From Candidatus Hydrogenedentota bacterium (GTDB lineage Bacteria; Hydrogenedentota; Hydrogenedentia; Hydrogenedentales; GCA-2746185), in assembly GCA_046583315.1 (NCBI GenBank), contig JAYGCN010000067.1, positions 1,093 through 65,092 on the forward strand: a stretch of 64,000 nucleotides of DNA, read 5' to 3'. How positions within the stretch are numbered: position 1 is the stretch's first letter; each line of letters starts with the position of its first letter. Shown here piece by piece: positions 18,748-31,203 of this stretch. Made by a program: the position numbers and the translations under genes. The notes beneath the pieces were generated by a model. That model was not told where the DNA came from. It saw only the letters and a list, made by a program, of their open reading frames with translations, and ran no database searches.

Positions 18748-21700
18748 TGAAACGTTTTATCTCCACAATGATACGCAATCAGGTGATGATCAACCTCATC
18801 ATGGTTGTGATTATTCTCTTTGGTGCCGTGTCCAGCTCAATGATGGTCAAAGAGTTTTTCCCGGAAATATCAGTGGATATGATCCAGATAGGCGTCCCCT
18901 TTCCCGGTGCCGATCCTGCCGAAGTTGAAGAAGGCATTTCGCTTAAGATTGAAGAAGCGATCGACGGCATGGAGGGCATCAAACAATATCGTACGATATC
19001 GAGCGAGAGCTTCAGCACGGCCGTAATCGAAGTCAAGGAAGGCTACGACGCGGATGTACTCTATCGCGATGTACGCAATCGAATTGATACCATTTCCACA
19101 TTTCCGGTTAACGCGGAAAAACCGAGTATAAGCAAGCCCACCATTTTTACCGAGGTCATACTCCTGGCTATTTCCGGAGACTTCGATGAACGCACGATCA
19201 AGGAATTTTCCGAAGAGGTTAAGGACGAGATCCAGGCACTTCCCTCCGTATCTCAGGTGGCCATTTCCGGCGCGCGTGAATACGAGATTGCCATTGAGAT
19301 CTCCGAAGAACAGCTGCGCGAATATGGCCTGAGCTTTCAGGAAGTCTCTCAGGCGGTACGGCGCGGCAGTGTCAATCTCTCCGGTGGTACGATGCGAACC
19401 AAAGGCGAGGAAATCCGCCTGCGCACGGTAGGGAGAAACTACAGTGGTGAAGATTTCGCGGATATCGTTGTCGTCGCGCGACCAAACGGTGACGTAATCA
19501 AGCTGGGTCAACTCGCAACGATCAACGATGGTTTCTCCGAGGATCGATTCATCTCGCGATTCAACGGCGAACCTTGCATTATGGTGTCGATTTCCAAAAC
19601 GCCCAGCGAAGACACAATTCAAATCGTGAAAGAGGTACGCGCCTATGTTGAGAAGAAACAGCAGCAACTGCCCGAAGGCATTAATCTGACCCTGTGGTCC
19701 GACTTCTCGATCATGATCAGCGATCAGATAGCGTTACTGGTCAAGAATGGCCTGCTTGGTCTCGCCATCGTGTTTTTTTCGCTGTGGTTCTTTCTCGATC
19801 TGCGATTGAGCTTTTGGGTGACCATGGGCATTCCTATTTCATTGTCCGGCGGCCTCTTGCTCATGTGGTTGCTCGGTGAATCGCTCAATACCTTTTCCAT
19901 CCTGGCACTCATCATGGTACTAGGTATTGTCGTGGATGACGCGATCATTGTGGGGGAAGCGATCTACGTTCACCGCAGACGCGGAGACGGCCCCGCGCAC
20001 GCTGCGGTAAACGGTGTCATGGAAGTCGGGATGCCGGTGCTTGCGGCGGTCACGACGTCAATCATTGCCTTTCTACCCCTTGGTGTCATTAACGGCGTAC
20101 TCGGCTCTTTCGTGAGAATCATCCCTGTTGCGGTCGTTGCCTCATTACTGGTGTCGATACTCGAATGCCTCTTCATATTGCCAGGGCATCTCAATCACCT
20201 GCCGGAATTTCCAGCGGCAGATGCGACACCCAAGAACGTTCTTCAGCGCAATCGCAAACGGGTGAACGGGTTGATCGATTTTGTGATTTTCAAGCTCTAT
20301 AAGCCGACTATTACGCAAGCCCTGCACTTTCGCTATATCACGTTGTCGCTGGCCATTGGATTCTTTTTTATTACCATTGCGTTTGTCGGCGCAGGGTATG
20401 TGAAGTTCGTTATCTTCTCAGAAGGCGGCAGCAACGAAATGACGGCCTCCGTCGAATTTCCAAACGGCACACCCATGGATACGACCCACGAAGCGATCAT
20501 GCATACCAGCGAATCGCTACAGCGTGTCATCGGACGCTATGAAGCGGAAGAGGGAAATCCGATTCTCATAAACGACTATTCGGTGACCGGCGTGACGGGT
20601 GACAGTTTTTTTGATCGCACTCCGGGCAATAACCTGGGCATGATCCGTGTCGAGTTGGTCGATGCCACAAAACGCACGGTGCAAGCCAAAGAGTTGGCCG
20701 TTGCGTGGGAAAAGGAGACGGGGAAAATCCCGGGAACCATCGCCCAGACGTTCCAGGAACGACAAATGGGGCCTCCGGGCACTCCCATTATGATTTCATT
20801 GCGGGGTCGTGATCGCGCGGAACTGATGGCGGTATCGGCGGAACTGCAAACCCTCTTGCGTGGCTATGATGGCGTTTACCAGATTCAGGACACCTTCCGT
20901 CCGGGTAAAAACGAAATGCGCCTCGACATTAAACCCGAAGCGCGCAATCTGGGGCTTACGCTTGAAGATCTGGCGCGTCAGGTTCATGCGGGATATTACG
21001 GTGACGAAGCCTTGCGCATTCAACGCGGTCGCGACGATGTGCGTGTGAAGGTTCGCTATACGGAAGATGAACGCAGCACGCTGGCGCAATTGGAGCAGGT
21101 CCGCATTCGTACTCCTCAGGGTTACGAAGTCCCGTTTTTCTCGGTCGCCGATGTTGAGTTTGAGGCGGGCAACTCGAATATCATTCGCGTGGATGGACAA
21201 AAAGACATTACGGTAACCGCTCAGGTGGTCGAAATAGTTGCCAATCCCACTGAGATTCTCCGCGAATTTTCCTCCATTCACCTTCCCGAGCTCAAGGAGC
21301 GCTACACCGGCTTCGAGTATACCTTTGACGGCCCGCAGAACAACGCCCGCGACGCATTCCTGGGACTGCAAGTAACACTGCCCATCGCGCTGTTTTTCAT
21401 CTTCCTTGTTATCGCATCCATTTTTCGCTCGTATGTGCAGCCCCTGGTCATCATGTTCACCATCCCCTTTGGAATCGTCGGTGCTATATACGGTCACATG
21501 TTTATGGGTATTCCCATCGCCATGTTCAGCATTTTCGGCATGGTCGCGCTGACCGGTGTCGTTGTCAATGATGCCATTGTGCTTATCGAAGCCATTAATG
21601 GATTCATGGCGACCGGCATGAAAGCCTTCGACTCGATCATTATGGGTGGTGTACGACGCTTTCGCGCCATCATGTTGACCAGTATATCCACGGTCGGCGG

Positions 21701-21968
21701 ACTGCTACCCCTCATCCTGGAAAAGGATGCGCAGGCCCAAATGGTTATCCCGATGGCACTATCCATCGCTTCGGGTGTGTTGTTCGCCACCTTCCTCACG
21801 CTGTTTTTCATCCCGTGCCTGATGGGTGTGCTCAATGACCTTCGACGGGTTACCTATATGCTGCTTCACGGCACATGGCCCACGCGCGAACTTGTGGAAC
21901 CGGCACGAACGAGAAATGTCGATCCGCTGGCCGAAGAAGCTGCGGGTGACGTGGTGATGGCGAAATAA
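18747..21968 (+). CDS. RND efflux permease (AcrB/AcrD/AcrF family)
   Basis: 1073 aa; PGADPAEVE, LGIVVDDAIIVGE, GVVVNDAIVL, RFRAIMLT. Confidence 0.95.
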   Translation: MKRFISTMIRNQVMINLIMVVIILFGAVSSSMMVKEFFPEISVDMIQIGVPFPGADPAEVEEGISLKIEEAIDGMEGIKQYRTISSESFSTAVIEVKEGYDADVLYRDVRNRIDTISTFPVNAEKPSISKPTIFTEVILLAISGDFDERTIKEFSEEVKDEIQALPSVSQVAISGAREYEIAIEISEEQLREYGLSFQEVSQAVRRGSVNLSGGTMRTKGEEIRLRTVGRNYSGEDFADIVVVARPNGDVIKLGQLATINDGFSEDRFISRFNGEPCIMVSISKTPSEDTIQIVKEVRAYVEKKQQQLPEGINLTLWSDFSIMISDQIALLVKNGLLGLAIVFFSLWFFLDLRLSFWVTMGIPISLSGGLLLMWLLGESLNTFSILALIMVLGIVVDDAIIVGEAIYVHRRRGDGPAHAAVNGVMEVGMPVLAAVTTSIIAFLPLGVINGVLGSFVRIIPVAVVASLLVSILECLFILPGHLNHLPEFPAADATPKNVLQRNRKRVNGLIDFVIFKLYKPTITQALHFRYITLSLAIGFFFITIAFVGAGYVKFVIFSEGGSNEMTASVEFPNGTPMDTTHEAIMHTSESLQRVIGRYEAEEGNPILINDYSVTGVTGDSFFDRTPGNNLGMIRVELVDATKRTVQAKELAVAWEKETGKIPGTIAQTFQERQMGPPGTPIMISLRGRDRAELMAVSAELQTLLRGYDGVYQIQDTFRPGKNEMRLDIKPEARNLGLTLEDLARQVHAGYYGDEALRIQRGRDDVRVKVRYTEDERSTLAQLEQVRIRTPQGYEVPFFSVADVEFEAGNSNIIRVDGQKDITVTAQVVEIVANPTEILREFSSIHLPELKERYTGFEYTFDGPQNNARDAFLGLQVTLPIALFFIFLVIASIFRSYVQPLVIMFTIPFGIVGAIYGHMFMGIPIAMFSIFGMVALTGVVVNDAIVLIEAINGFMATGMKAFDSIIMGGVRRFRAIMLTSISTVGGLLPLILEKDAQAQMVIPMALSIASGVLFATFLTLFFIPCLMGVLNDLRRVTYMLLHGTWPTRELVEPARTRNVDPLAEEAAGDVVMAK

Positions 21969-21983
21969 CGGCTTTCGCCTTCG

Positions 21984-23330
21984 CTAGCTGTTGCCGTCCG
22001 CCGCCGGGCGTTGCCCCGGATTGTAGACGTACACCTGATTGCCACCCGCTCGTTTGGCTTCGTACATCATGGAATCGGTGTATCGCATGAAATCTTTGGC
22101 AGTTGATCGGTTATCGTAGGTCATCAGTCCCAGGCTCAAGGTCAACAGATCAAAACGCCGGGCTTCGAAGGTTCGAATGATACGCTTGGCGACGCGCAAT
22201 GCCTGTTCTTCTCCCGCTTCAGGAAGGATGATCGTAAATTCATCGCCGCCGTAGCGAAATCCCATATCGACGCTCTCACGCGTGCATTCGTGAATGACTT
22301 TGCCGACTTCGACCAGCACGTGGTCTCCCTCAAGGTGCCCGCGAAAGTCGTTGTACGATTTGAACTTGTCTACATCCACCAACAGCAGCGACAATCCTCG
22401 GCCCTGACGTTTGGCACGGTCGATTTCCATTTCGATACGTTCGTAGAAGTAACGCACGTTGAACAAGCCCGTGAGGCTGTCACGAATGGTCATTTCTTTG
22501 AGTTCATGCTCAAGACGTTTCTGCTCGGTGATGTCCTTGCAGATGGCCACCATCAACACGGCATTTTCCCGGGAGTCCTGCGCCAACGAAAATGAAATGC
22601 TGACGGGAATCAAGCGACCGTCATGGTGACGCAGTTCGGTCTCAAAATTCTGCAGCGGCCTGTCCATCTCAACCACGCGCCGAAGATAGTGCAATTCCTC
22701 GCTACCGTTGGCCAACAGGGAAGAGTATTTTAGTCCGTCGAACTCTTCCTTGCGGTAACCGAGCATGCGCTGGGCCCCTCGATTGGCAAACTCGATAACA
22801 TCGTTCGTATCCACGGTAATAATGCCGTCGACCGTGCTATCAATAAGATTGTTGAGATATTTCTGGGTGTCTTCAAGCTGAAGGTGAGAAGTTTGCAGTT
22901 CCTGCGTCGCGTCATCTACACGACGTTTAAGCTCTTTTTCCTGTTCGAAAATCCGGCGGATGAGGTTGCGCTTTTCGATTCCCCGATCAATCGCATCGGA
23001 TACTTCGTCCATGTTGAACGGCTTGAGAATATAATCGTCGGCACCGATGCGAATGGAGCGCACGGCGGTCTCGACCTTGGCGGAACCGGTCATGATTACC
23101 ACAACCAACTCGGGTAACAACTGTTTGCCCTGACTGGCCACTTCGAGACCGTCGCTTTCCCCCAGCACGATGTCCGCGATGAGCGCATCAAAGGGGTGGT
23201 GCGACATTTCGGCTATCGCTTCCTTGGCCGTGGTCACGGTCGTGCATCGACACCCCAGCGAAGTCAGATGTTCATCCAGTAAATCGTTTACCGCCTGATC
23301 ATCGTCCAGAATAAGAACCCATGAATCCAT
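21984..23330 (-). CDS. REC-PAS-GGDEF diguanylate cyclase
   Basis: LILDDD/ADIVL/KPF receiver, PAS ending in DITEQK, DSLTGLFN, DVDKFK, RYGGDEF. Confidence 0.93.
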   Translation of the reverse strand: MDSWVLILDDDQAVNDLLDEHLTSLGCRCTTVTTAKEAIAEMSHHPFDALIADIVLGESDGLEVASQGKQLLPELVVVIMTGSAKVETAVRSIRIGADDYILKPFNMDEVSDAIDRGIEKRNLIRRIFEQEKELKRRVDDATQELQTSHLQLEDTQKYLNNLIDSTVDGIITVDTNDVIEFANRGAQRMLGYRKEEFDGLKYSSLLANGSEELHYLRRVVEMDRPLQNFETELRHHDGRLIPVSISFSLAQDSRENAVLMVAICKDITEQKRLEHELKEMTIRDSLTGLFNVRYFYERIEMEIDRAKRQGRGLSLLLVDVDKFKSYNDFRGHLEGDHVLVEVGKVIHECTRESVDMGFRYGGDEFTIILPEAGEEQALRVAKRIIRTFEARRFDLLTLSLGLMTYDNRSTAKDFMRYTDSMMYEAKRAGGNQVYVYNPGQRPAADGNS

Positions 23331-23346
23331 TAAAGAAGCCCCGGAC

Positions 23347-23613
23347 CTAGAGATATTTCATTACAATATACGCGACCGGTATGGAACCCAGCCCTAAACC
23401 CATCTGGAATCTTGTGGGCTTGCCAGTGGCATCCTCATCGTCATCATCGCCGCTGGCCAGAGAGTCTGACACACCGAATTTCGTTGCGGAATTCTTGTCG
23501 TTTTTCTTGATCTCATTGTTATCTTGAGCAAACGTAACAGGCGTGAACATGCCTACACAAAGGCAGCACATTACACACAAGCCCATGATAGCCAACAATT
23601 TATGCGCATTCAT
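23347..23613 (-). CDS. Small hypothetical protein (signal peptide, acidic linker, C-terminal hydrophobic segment)
   Basis: RBS GAGG, signal peptide ending FAQD, 16-nt gap to the downstream DGC. Confidence 0.6.
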   Translation of the reverse strand: MNAHKLLAIMGLCVMCCLCVGMFTPVTFAQDNNEIKKNDKNSATKFGVSDSLASGDDDDEDATGKPTRFQMGLGLGSIPVAYIVMKYL

Positions 23614-23751
23614 AACAATTTCCTCTTCTCAAGTGATTGGTCGAAACCATAGCCAGAACTGAATTAATGAGGCTACTCCGTGTAGTTTCTGTAACCGAAA
23701 TACGCCTCTAATGTACTATACTTTATATGAGATTCTGCAGGAGGTCAAGTT

Positions 23752-24537
23752 ATGGTACGTCTAATTCCGATGTTGTTGGGTACCCTGGTACTGGGGCTGA
23801 TTATTGGAAATCTACTGTCTGGGGACACAAATACTCCTACAGAGGTCGCCATAACGCCCATTTCGGGAGCTGAAACGGGTCCTGATAGTTATCAGGAGAT
23901 GATTGCCACCAAGGAAGCGGTCATCGCTCAGCTTACTGATAAAAATGTGGAATTGAACGCGCTTGTGCGCCGATATGCGGAGGAGATGCAGGAGCAACCT
24001 GAACCGCCCGTAGAGAATATTCCCACAGAGGAAATCGTGTCTGATGAATCTTCCGAGGCGGTGAATGAGGAGTCTGATCCCCAGGATGAGCGACGAAACC
24101 GTTGGGGCGATCGATCTCGCTGGGAAGATCCTGAACAGCGCGAGCAGATGATCAACTCCATGCGCGAGGGCATGGTTGATCGCTGGACCGAAGAGTGGGA
24201 GAAGGCCTCACCTGAATCCCAAGAGCGTATTACCGCGATTTCGACGTATCAGCAGGACTTGATGGATAGTCGTATGGCCATGCGGGATGCCGAAACGGAT
24301 GAGGATCGCGAAATATTGCGTGAGGAAATGCGGTACACGCAGGAAGCATTGCGGGAGACGATTTCTGCTGAGCAGAATGCCCAATTGACCCGAATCGCCG
24401 AAAGCTACGGGCTTAAAAGTGACAAGGAACGGAACGCATTCGTCCAGGAGACCCGCAAGTTGCTCTCCAGCCCAATATTCCAGAGCGGAGGACGTGGTCC
24501 CGGCGGATTTACGGGTGGTCGACGCGGTGGGCGGTAG
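23752..24537 (+). CDS. Membrane-anchored helical hypothetical protein with a Gly/Arg-rich tail
   Basis: RBS AGGAGG, N-terminal hydrophobic segment, E/R/M-rich helices, GGRGPGGFTGGRRGGR end. Confidence 0.75.
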   Translation: MVRLIPMLLGTLVLGLIIGNLLSGDTNTPTEVAITPISGAETGPDSYQEMIATKEAVIAQLTDKNVELNALVRRYAEEMQEQPEPPVENIPTEEIVSDESSEAVNEESDPQDERRNRWGDRSRWEDPEQREQMINSMREGMVDRWTEEWEKASPESQERITAISTYQQDLMDSRMAMRDAETDEDREILREEMRYTQEALRETISAEQNAQLTRIAESYGLKSDKERNAFVQETRKLLSSPIFQSGGRGPGGFTGGRRGGR

Positions 24538-24604
24538 AAGTTGTTTGCCCCCAAAAGTTGCGCTAGAATATGGGCTATTCTTTCGCAACAACAGGTACAT
24601 CACA

Positions 24605-27600
24605 ATGTCGTTCACTCAATCGGTTTTGCTCGTATCCTTGATACTCGCCGGATCATCGTTCAATGTTCTCGCGCAAGATGAGGAACCGGATCTTGCGGCA
24701 CAACTCTCTCAGGTTGAGCAGCAACTAGACCGGGCACAGCAAAATCTCGCGCGCAATGCCCCTACGCTTGAGTCTGACGAAGAAAAAAACGCCTTTTTCA
24801 AGGATGCCGTATTCCCCGTTCTGGAAAATCGCTGCCTCAAATGCCACAGCGAAGAAAAACAGAAAGGCGAACTTCGCCTGGATTCGCTGGAGTTTATGTT
24901 GGAAGGCGGGGAAACCGATGTGGCCATCATCCCGGGTGATGCGGAGAACAGCCCGCTGGTCAAAGCGATTCGCCATATCGAAAAACGCAAGATGCCGAAG
25001 AAGAAGAAACTTCCGCAGGGGGAAATTGACCTGTTGACGGCATGGGTCGCGATCGGTGCTCCCTGGCCTGAGAACGTGACCGAATCTCCTCAGCCTGTCC
25101 ACGCAGAAACCCCTCCCGCTCCGGCGAAAGATGTCCCCGCAATCACGCTCGCGGTGGATGCCGGAGAGCCACTGTCCTTCAACCGCGATATCCGCCCCAT
25201 TTTCTCCGACCATTGTTATGCCTGCCACGGTCCTGACGAAAAATCCCGGAAAGCGGGCCTGCGCCTGGATCTCGAAACAAATGCCTTCGGCGCGTTACCC
25301 TCGGGTCGACGTCCAATCGTTCCGGGAAGTCTCGAGGAGAGCCAAGTCATCCAGCGTCTTGCTGCCCACGATAGTGACGACATTATGCCGCCATCGGACT
25401 TCACGAAACCGGTGACGCAGGAGCAGATACATCGAATCGCGCGCTGGATTTTGCAGGGGGCCAACTGGGAATCGCATTGGGCATTTGTGCCGCCGGAACG
25501 TCTGGTCGCTGTAGAGGTCACGAAACCCAAAGACGTGGTTAATCCGATCGACCATTTCGCGCTGGCGACGATGGTGGAACAGGGATTAACGCCCAATACT
25601 CCGGCGGACAAACGCACGCTCATTCGCAGGGCGACCTTCGATCTCATCGGCTTGCCCCCCACCCGTAAAGAAATCGAAATTTTCCTGAATGATGAACGTC
25701 CCGATGCCTACGAACACCTGATTGATCGCCTGCTGGCCTCGCCAAATTACGGTGAGCACATGGCGCGTATCTGGCTGGATGCAGCGCGTTACGCGGACAC
25801 GAACGGTTACCACATCGACAATGAACGGCACATGTGGCGTTGGCGGGATTGGGTGGTGGACGCGTTCAATGACAATAAACCCTTTGATGAATTCACGCTG
25901 GAACAGCTTGCGGGCGATCTTCTGGAAAATCCGACGCAGGATCAGCTGATCGCGACCGGCTTTAATCGGAATCACATGATTAACTTTGAAGGCGGTGCCA
26001 TTCCCGAAGAATACCGCGTGCAGTACGTCGTTGATCGCGTCAATACGACCTCCACGGTATGGCTCGGCCTCACGATGGGCTGTGCGCAATGCCATGATCA
26101 CAAGTACGACCCTATCAGCCAAAAAGAATTCTACGAGATGTTCGCGTTTTTCAATACTGTGGACGAAATCGGGCTGGACGGCAATGCCACAGGAAATGCG
26201 AAACCCGTCATTCAGGCACCGCTCAGTGGTCAGCTAGCAACACTCGCCAAATTGAACGAGAACATCCATTCAACCAGAGCCGAGCTGTTCAGGCCGGATA
26301 AGAAGCTGGACAAAGCCTTCAAAAAATGGGAATCCAACTGGCGTAAAAAGCTGTCGAAACGTTGGACCCCGGTGCGTCCTGATGCGGCCGTTGCGCAGAA
26401 TGGAAGCACGCTCTCGATCAAGAAAGATCGATCCGTACTTGCGTCAGGAGACCTCCCTGATGTCGATACCTATACCCTCGAAATCCCGTTGTCGGAAGGA
26501 ACGATCACGGCGATTCAACTGGAAGCCTTAGCGGATTCAACCCACAACGACAAAATCGGTCGCGCGTCAAATGGCAATTTCGTGCTGACTGAATTCGAAG
26601 CGGAGATCGCGTCGCCCGACGAACCGGATGTCTATCAAAACATCATGTTTCGGCGCGCGATGGTCGACGTTGAGCAGGGCGAATTCCCGATTACCAAGGC
26701 TATCGACGGAGACGCTTCGTCCGGCTGGGCACCCAACGGTCACGGCCCCGACGGTAGCCGACTCGCCGTATTCATCCCCTCCAAATCCATCGTCGCGCAA
26801 GACGGCTCCCGACTTCGAATCAAACTCGTGCAGCAGAATGCGGGAAACGCACAACATCTCGTCGGACGTTTTCGCCTGTCGGTAACGGACGACCCTGCTC
26901 TCGGACTCGTTGTACGCAATCCTTGGCGCATCAGCGGCCCTTACCGCGCGACCACCAAGGAAGAAGCTGACACCAATGAATTTATCGAGGTCGCCCAGGT
27001 CGATCCGGATGCCGCGTATGCGGATGGTCGGAGCAAATGGAACCGCCTGCTCCCTGAGGTGAACGAGGAAGCGCCTCGGGATATTGAAGGCGGACTCGGC
27101 GCGACGTACCTGTATCGAAATTTTGAGTCACCCATCGACCGAACGCTCGACATACGCATCGGCGCGTCGGAAACGATGACCATCTGGGTCAATGGCGAGA
27201 TCGCAGTTGAAGCGGAGGATCGCAAGGCCCTGCGCAAGAATGAAGTGGAGATCAAGCTGGAATTGTCGGCGGGTCGAAACGATGTCGTCGTGAGACTGGT
27301 CAGCTACGGGAAGAATGCGCGCTTCTTTTTTGATGTCAAATACGAACCCGTCGATGACCTGAGTTACCCACTGGTTATGGCATTGCTCCGGGACAAAAAA
27401 GATCGTTCCCCTTTCCAGAATGAGTCCCTGCTCCGCGAATTCCGCTCGACGCGTTGGGACGATTGGGATTCTATCTCAGGCGACCTCGCGAAACTGGAGG
27501 AAGAACAGAAGGCACTCGACAACAGCATTCCAATTTCGATGGTGATGGGCGAAATGGCAACGCCGCGCAAAACCTTTATCCTCAATCGCGGGCAATACGA

Positions 27601-28621
27601 TCAACCCACCGAAGAGGTTTTCGCGAACACACCCGAATTCCTCTCGCGTCTTCCGGAAGATCTACCCAAGAATCGACTGGGTCTGGCCCGCTGGCTGGTC
27701 TCGAAAGATAATCCACTCACCGCACGGGTCACCGTAAACCGAATCTGGGCGCGCTTCTTCGGAACTGGTCTCGTGGCCACGGTAGAAGATTTCGGTTCAC
27801 AAGGAAAATGGCCGTCCCACCCCGAGTTGCTCGATTGGCTCGCGATGGATTTCGTGGAAAACGGCTGGGATCTCAAAGCGATACAGCGACGAATCCTGAC
27901 CTCGGTCACGTATCGGCGGTCCTCCAAAGTATCTCCGGCTGAATTCGCCTCCGATCCCGCGAATACCTACCTCGCCCGGGCGTCGCGCATCCGTTTTGAT
28001 GCCGAGGTCGTTCGCGACAGTGCCCTAGCCATCAGCGGACTGCTCAACACCGATCGCGGGGGTAAGAGTGTGCTACCTTATCAGCCTCTGGGACTTTGGC
28101 AGGAGGTTGGCTACGGCGGGAATTTCACGGCGCAGATTTTCAAGCAGGACGAAGGTGACGCGCTGTATCGTCGCAGTATGTATACCTTCTGGAAACGTAC
28201 CGCGCCACCGCCAAGCATGATGATTTTCGACGCGCCCAACCGGGAAACGTGTACGGTGCAGCGTGGACGATCCAATACACCGCTCCAGGCCTTGACGTTG
28301 ATGAACGATCCGCAATTCGTGGAAGCCGCGCGCACCTTCGCCGAACGTATCGTGAAGGAAGGCGGATCGACACCACGCGAGCGCATTGATTTTGCTTTCG
28401 AGACGGCCACCGCGCGTAGGCCTTCGGACGAGGAACGAAAAATTCTGAGCGACCTGTATGCGATCCAGCTCACTATTTTTTCTGAACAAGACGATCATGC
28501 AGAGCTGCTTGCAATCGGCGATTCGCCCTTCGACACGTCAATCGATACACGTGAGTTGGCGGCATGGAGCATCATCGCCAGTATTATTCTAAACATGGAC
28601 GAAACCATTACCCGAAGTTAA
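24605..28621 (+). CDS. Planctomycete cytochrome c (2x PSCyt1) - DUF1549 - beta-sandwich insert - DUF1553 protein
   Basis: Signal peptide; CxxCH at CLKCH, CYACH, CAQCH; [49 protein letters not shown]. Confidence 0.92.
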   Translation: MSFTQSVLLVSLILAGSSFNVLAQDEEPDLAAQLSQVEQQLDRAQQNLARNAPTLESDEEKNAFFKDAVFPVLENRCLKCHSEEKQKGELRLDSLEFMLEGGETDVAIIPGDAENSPLVKAIRHIEKRKMPKKKKLPQGEIDLLTAWVAIGAPWPENVTESPQPVHAETPPAPAKDVPAITLAVDAGEPLSFNRDIRPIFSDHCYACHGPDEKSRKAGLRLDLETNAFGALPSGRRPIVPGSLEESQVIQRLAAHDSDDIMPPSDFTKPVTQEQIHRIARWILQGANWESHWAFVPPERLVAVEVTKPKDVVNPIDHFALATMVEQGLTPNTPADKRTLIRRATFDLIGLPPTRKEIEIFLNDERPDAYEHLIDRLLASPNYGEHMARIWLDAARYADTNGYHIDNERHMWRWRDWVVDAFNDNKPFDEFTLEQLAGDLLENPTQDQLIATGFNRNHMINFEGGAIPEEYRVQYVVDRVNTTSTVWLGLTMGCAQCHDHKYDPISQKEFYEMFAFFNTVDEIGLDGNATGNAKPVIQAPLSGQLATLAKLNENIHSTRAELFRPDKKLDKAFKKWESNWRKKLSKRWTPVRPDAAVAQNGSTLSIKKDRSVLASGDLPDVDTYTLEIPLSEGTITAIQLEALADSTHNDKIGRASNGNFVLTEFEAEIASPDEPDVYQNIMFRRAMVDVEQGEFPITKAIDGDASSGWAPNGHGPDGSRLAVFIPSKSIVAQDGSRLRIKLVQQNAGNAQHLVGRFRLSVTDDPALGLVVRNPWRISGPYRATTKEEADTNEFIEVAQVDPDAAYADGRSKWNRLLPEVNEEAPRDIEGGLGATYLYRNFESPIDRTLDIRIGASETMTIWVNGEIAVEAEDRKALRKNEVEIKLELSAGRNDVVVRLVSYGKNARFFFDVKYEPVDDLSYPLVMALLRDKKDRSPFQNESLLREFRSTRWDDWDSISGDLAKLEEEQKALDNSIPISMVMGEMATPRKTFILNRGQYDQPTEEVFANTPEFLSRLPEDLPKNRLGLARWLVSKDNPLTARVTVNRIWARFFGTGLVATVEDFGSQGKWPSHPELLDWLAMDFVENGWDLKAIQRRILTSVTYRRSSKVSPAEFASDPANTYLARASRIRFDAEVVRDSALAISGLLNTDRGGKSVLPYQPLGLWQEVGYGGNFTAQIFKQDEGDALYRRSMYTFWKRTAPPPSMMIFDAPNRETCTVQRGRSNTPLQALTLMNDPQFVEAARTFAERIVKEGGSTPRERIDFAFETATARRPSDEERKILSDLYAIQLTIFSEQDDHAELLAIGDSPFDTSIDTRELAAWSIIASIILNMDETITRS

Positions 28622-28644
28622 TGCGCACACTTGAGGACAGCAGC

Positions 28645-30087
28645 ATGAACCCCATATTCGAAGCCGAACAATTCATAAACCGACGCCAATTTTTCGGGCG
28701 AACGGCTACCGGTATCGGTGCGGCGGCTCTGGGCTCGATGCTTGGGGGTGGCGTTGCGGAAGCCTCGGGCGAATTGATGCCGAAGCCGCATTTTGCCCCG
28801 AAAGCGAAACGCGTTATCTACCTGTTTCAGTCCGGTGGCCCCTCCCAACTTGACCTCTTTGACTACAAACCCGAAATGCGCGGGCTTCAAGGCACCGAAC
28901 TGCCCGATTCCATCCGCAAGGGACAACGCATTACCGGCATGACTTCGGGGCAATCTACGCTACCCGTCGCGTCCACCATGTTCAACTTCGCGCAACACGG
29001 CGAGAGCGGCACGTGGATCAGTGAATTGATGCCTCATACGGCCAAGGTCGTAGATGACCTCTGCATCATCAGAACGCTCAATACCGAAGCCATCAATCAC
29101 GATCCCGGCATCACCTATCTTCAAACCGGACACCAACAACCGGGACGTCCCTCGCTCGGCTCGTGGATGAGTTATGGCCTGGGTTCGGAAAATAAAGATT
29201 TGCCCGGATTCGTCGTGCTCATCTCCCACGGCTCCTCGAAGCGCGATGCCCAGGCCTTGTTCCAGCGACTCTGGGGCGCGGGATTCCTGCCATCAGAACA
29301 TCAAGGTGTAAACTTTCGTGCGGCGGCCGACCCCGTGTTATATCTGTCCGATCCGCCGGGCATCGACAAGGCCACGCGCCGTCGCATGTTGGATGGTCTT
29401 GCTCAACTCAACGAAATTCAGCACAAGGAATTTTCCGATCCTGAAATCGTGGCACGCATCGCGCAGTATGAAATGGCCTACCGCATGCAGGCTTCCGTGC
29501 CGGAATTGGCTGATCTTTCCGACGAGCCGGAATCCACTTTTGAACTCTACGGCGAAAGTGCGCGCACTCCGGGAACCTACGCGGCCAACTGTCTTCTCGC
29601 ACGACGTATGGCCGAACACGACGTACGTTTTATTCAGCTATACCATCGCGGCTGGGATCAGCATGGCAATCTGCCCCGCGACATTCGACTGCAATCAGGC
29701 GACGTGGAACAGAGTTCGCCGGCACTAATCACCGACCTGAAACAGCGCGGATTACTCGACGATACGCTGGTCGTGTGGGCGGGCGAATTCGGACGCACCA
29801 TCTATTGTCAGGGGGCTCTGCGCCAGGATAACTACGGACGCGACCATCATGGACGCTGCTATTCCATCTGGATGGCTGGCGGCGGCATCAAAGGCGGCAT
29901 GACCTATGGCGAGACGGATGACTTCTGCTACAACGTCGTTGAGAATCCCGTGCACGTCCACGATCTGAACGCGACGATATTGCACTTGCTCGGTATGGAT
30001 CACGAACGACTCACACATCGATTCCAGGGACGCGATTACCGGCTGACCGATGTCCACGGAAACGTGGTCCACGACATTCTCGCGTAA
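28645..30087 (+). CDS. DUF1501 (sulfatase-like) protein with a Tat-like signal
   Basis: [57 protein letters not shown]. Confidence 0.92.
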   Translation: MNPIFEAEQFINRRQFFGRTATGIGAAALGSMLGGGVAEASGELMPKPHFAPKAKRVIYLFQSGGPSQLDLFDYKPEMRGLQGTELPDSIRKGQRITGMTSGQSTLPVASTMFNFAQHGESGTWISELMPHTAKVVDDLCIIRTLNTEAINHDPGITYLQTGHQQPGRPSLGSWMSYGLGSENKDLPGFVVLISHGSSKRDAQALFQRLWGAGFLPSEHQGVNFRAAADPVLYLSDPPGIDKATRRRMLDGLAQLNEIQHKEFSDPEIVARIAQYEMAYRMQASVPELADLSDEPESTFELYGESARTPGTYAANCLLARRMAEHDVRFIQLYHRGWDQHGNLPRDIRLQSGDVEQSSPALITDLKQRGLLDDTLVVWAGEFGRTIYCQGALRQDNYGRDHHGRCYSIWMAGGGIKGGMTYGETDDFCYNVVENPVHVHDLNATILHLLGMDHERLTHRFQGRDYRLTDVHGNVVHDILA

Positions 30088-30134
30088 ATCGACGAATGAC
30101 GGTATAATCCAAACACGAACGCGGGAGATCGGTT

Positions 30135-31196
30135 ATCGATATTGCAGTTATCACAGGAGCGGCAGGCCTTATCGGCTCGGAAGCCGTACGTTTTTTTCAC
30201 GAAAAAGGCTACAAAACAGTCGGTATCGACAACGGCATGCGCGAAGTTTTCTTTGGCGAGGACGCTTCGACGGATTGGAGTCGAAAAGCCCTGGAAAAAA
30301 ACATTCCCGACTACACGCATCACTCGGTAGACATCCGTGATCGCGAGGCCATTGAAGCGATCTTCAGCGAATACGGTAGCGACATCAAAATTGTCATTCA
30401 CGCCGCGGCACAACCCTCCCACGACTGGGCCGCGAAGGAGCCCTACACCGATTTCTCCGTGAACGCGAACGGCACGCAGACGATGCTGGAAAGCACGCGC
30501 CTGTATTGTCCCGATGCTACCTTCATTTTTACGTCCACCAACAAGGTCTACGGCGACACGCCGAACAATCTTCCTCTAATTGAACATGAGTTGCGCTGGG
30601 AAGTCGCTCCGGATCATCCTTACGCCGCGCACGGCATCGATGAGAGCATGTCCATCGACCAGTGCAAACACAGCCTCTTTGGCGTATCGAAAGTCGCGGC
30701 CGATGTGCTGGTGCAGGAATACGGGCGTTACTTCGGCATGAAGACGGCCTGCTTTCGCGGAGGATGCCTGACGGGTCCAGGACATTCCGGGGCGGAGTTA
30801 CACGGTTTCCTGTCGTATCTGATGAAATGCGCAATCACGAAAACGCCGTATACCGTCTTCGGCTACAAAGGCAAACAGGTTCGCGACAACATTCATTCCT
30901 ACGATCTCATCAACATGTTCTGGCATTTCTTTCAAAATCCGCGCGAGGGCGAAGTCTACAATGCGGGCGGTAGTCGATACAGTAACTGCTCCATGCTCGA
31001 AGCGATCACCATGTGCGAAACAATGAGTGGCAACACGATGGATTACACGCTGGTTGACGAAAATCGCATCGGCGATCACATCTGGTACGTCAGCAGTGTC
31101 CGAAAATTTCAGTACCATTATCCCGACTGGGCCTACCGTTACACCCTGGACGATATCATGCAGCAAATCCACGACGGCTTCGCGGAACGACTCTAG
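30135..31196 (+). CDS. NAD-dependent nucleotide-sugar epimerase/dehydratase (CDP-paratose 2-epimerase-like); apparent ATC start
   Basis: Frame extends upstream of ORF 30237 through [13 protein letters not shown]; STNKVYG, FGVSK, GKQVRD, RIGD. No ATG/GTG/TTG before the Rossmann motif; ATC at 30135 follows GGGAG. Confidence 0.85.
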   Translation: MDIAVITGAAGLIGSEAVRFFHEKGYKTVGIDNGMREVFFGEDASTDWSRKALEKNIPDYTHHSVDIRDREAIEAIFSEYGSDIKIVIHAAAQPSHDWAAKEPYTDFSVNANGTQTMLESTRLYCPDATFIFTSTNKVYGDTPNNLPLIEHELRWEVAPDHPYAAHGIDESMSIDQCKHSLFGVSKVAADVLVQEYGRYFGMKTACFRGGCLTGPGHSGAELHGFLSYLMKCAITKTPYTVFGYKGKQVRDNIHSYDLINMFWHFFQNPREGEVYNAGGSRYSNCSMLEAITMCETMSGNTMDYTLVDENRIGDHIWYVSSVRKFQYHYPDWAYRYTLDDIMQQIHDGFAERL

Positions 31197-31203
31197 AAAC
31201 CTC

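Noticed and set aside
18870-21497. Long antisense ORFs (265 aa, 233 aa) inside the RND permease, and similar ones elsewhere
   Set aside because: No recognisable motifs; expected shadows of long GC-rich genes.
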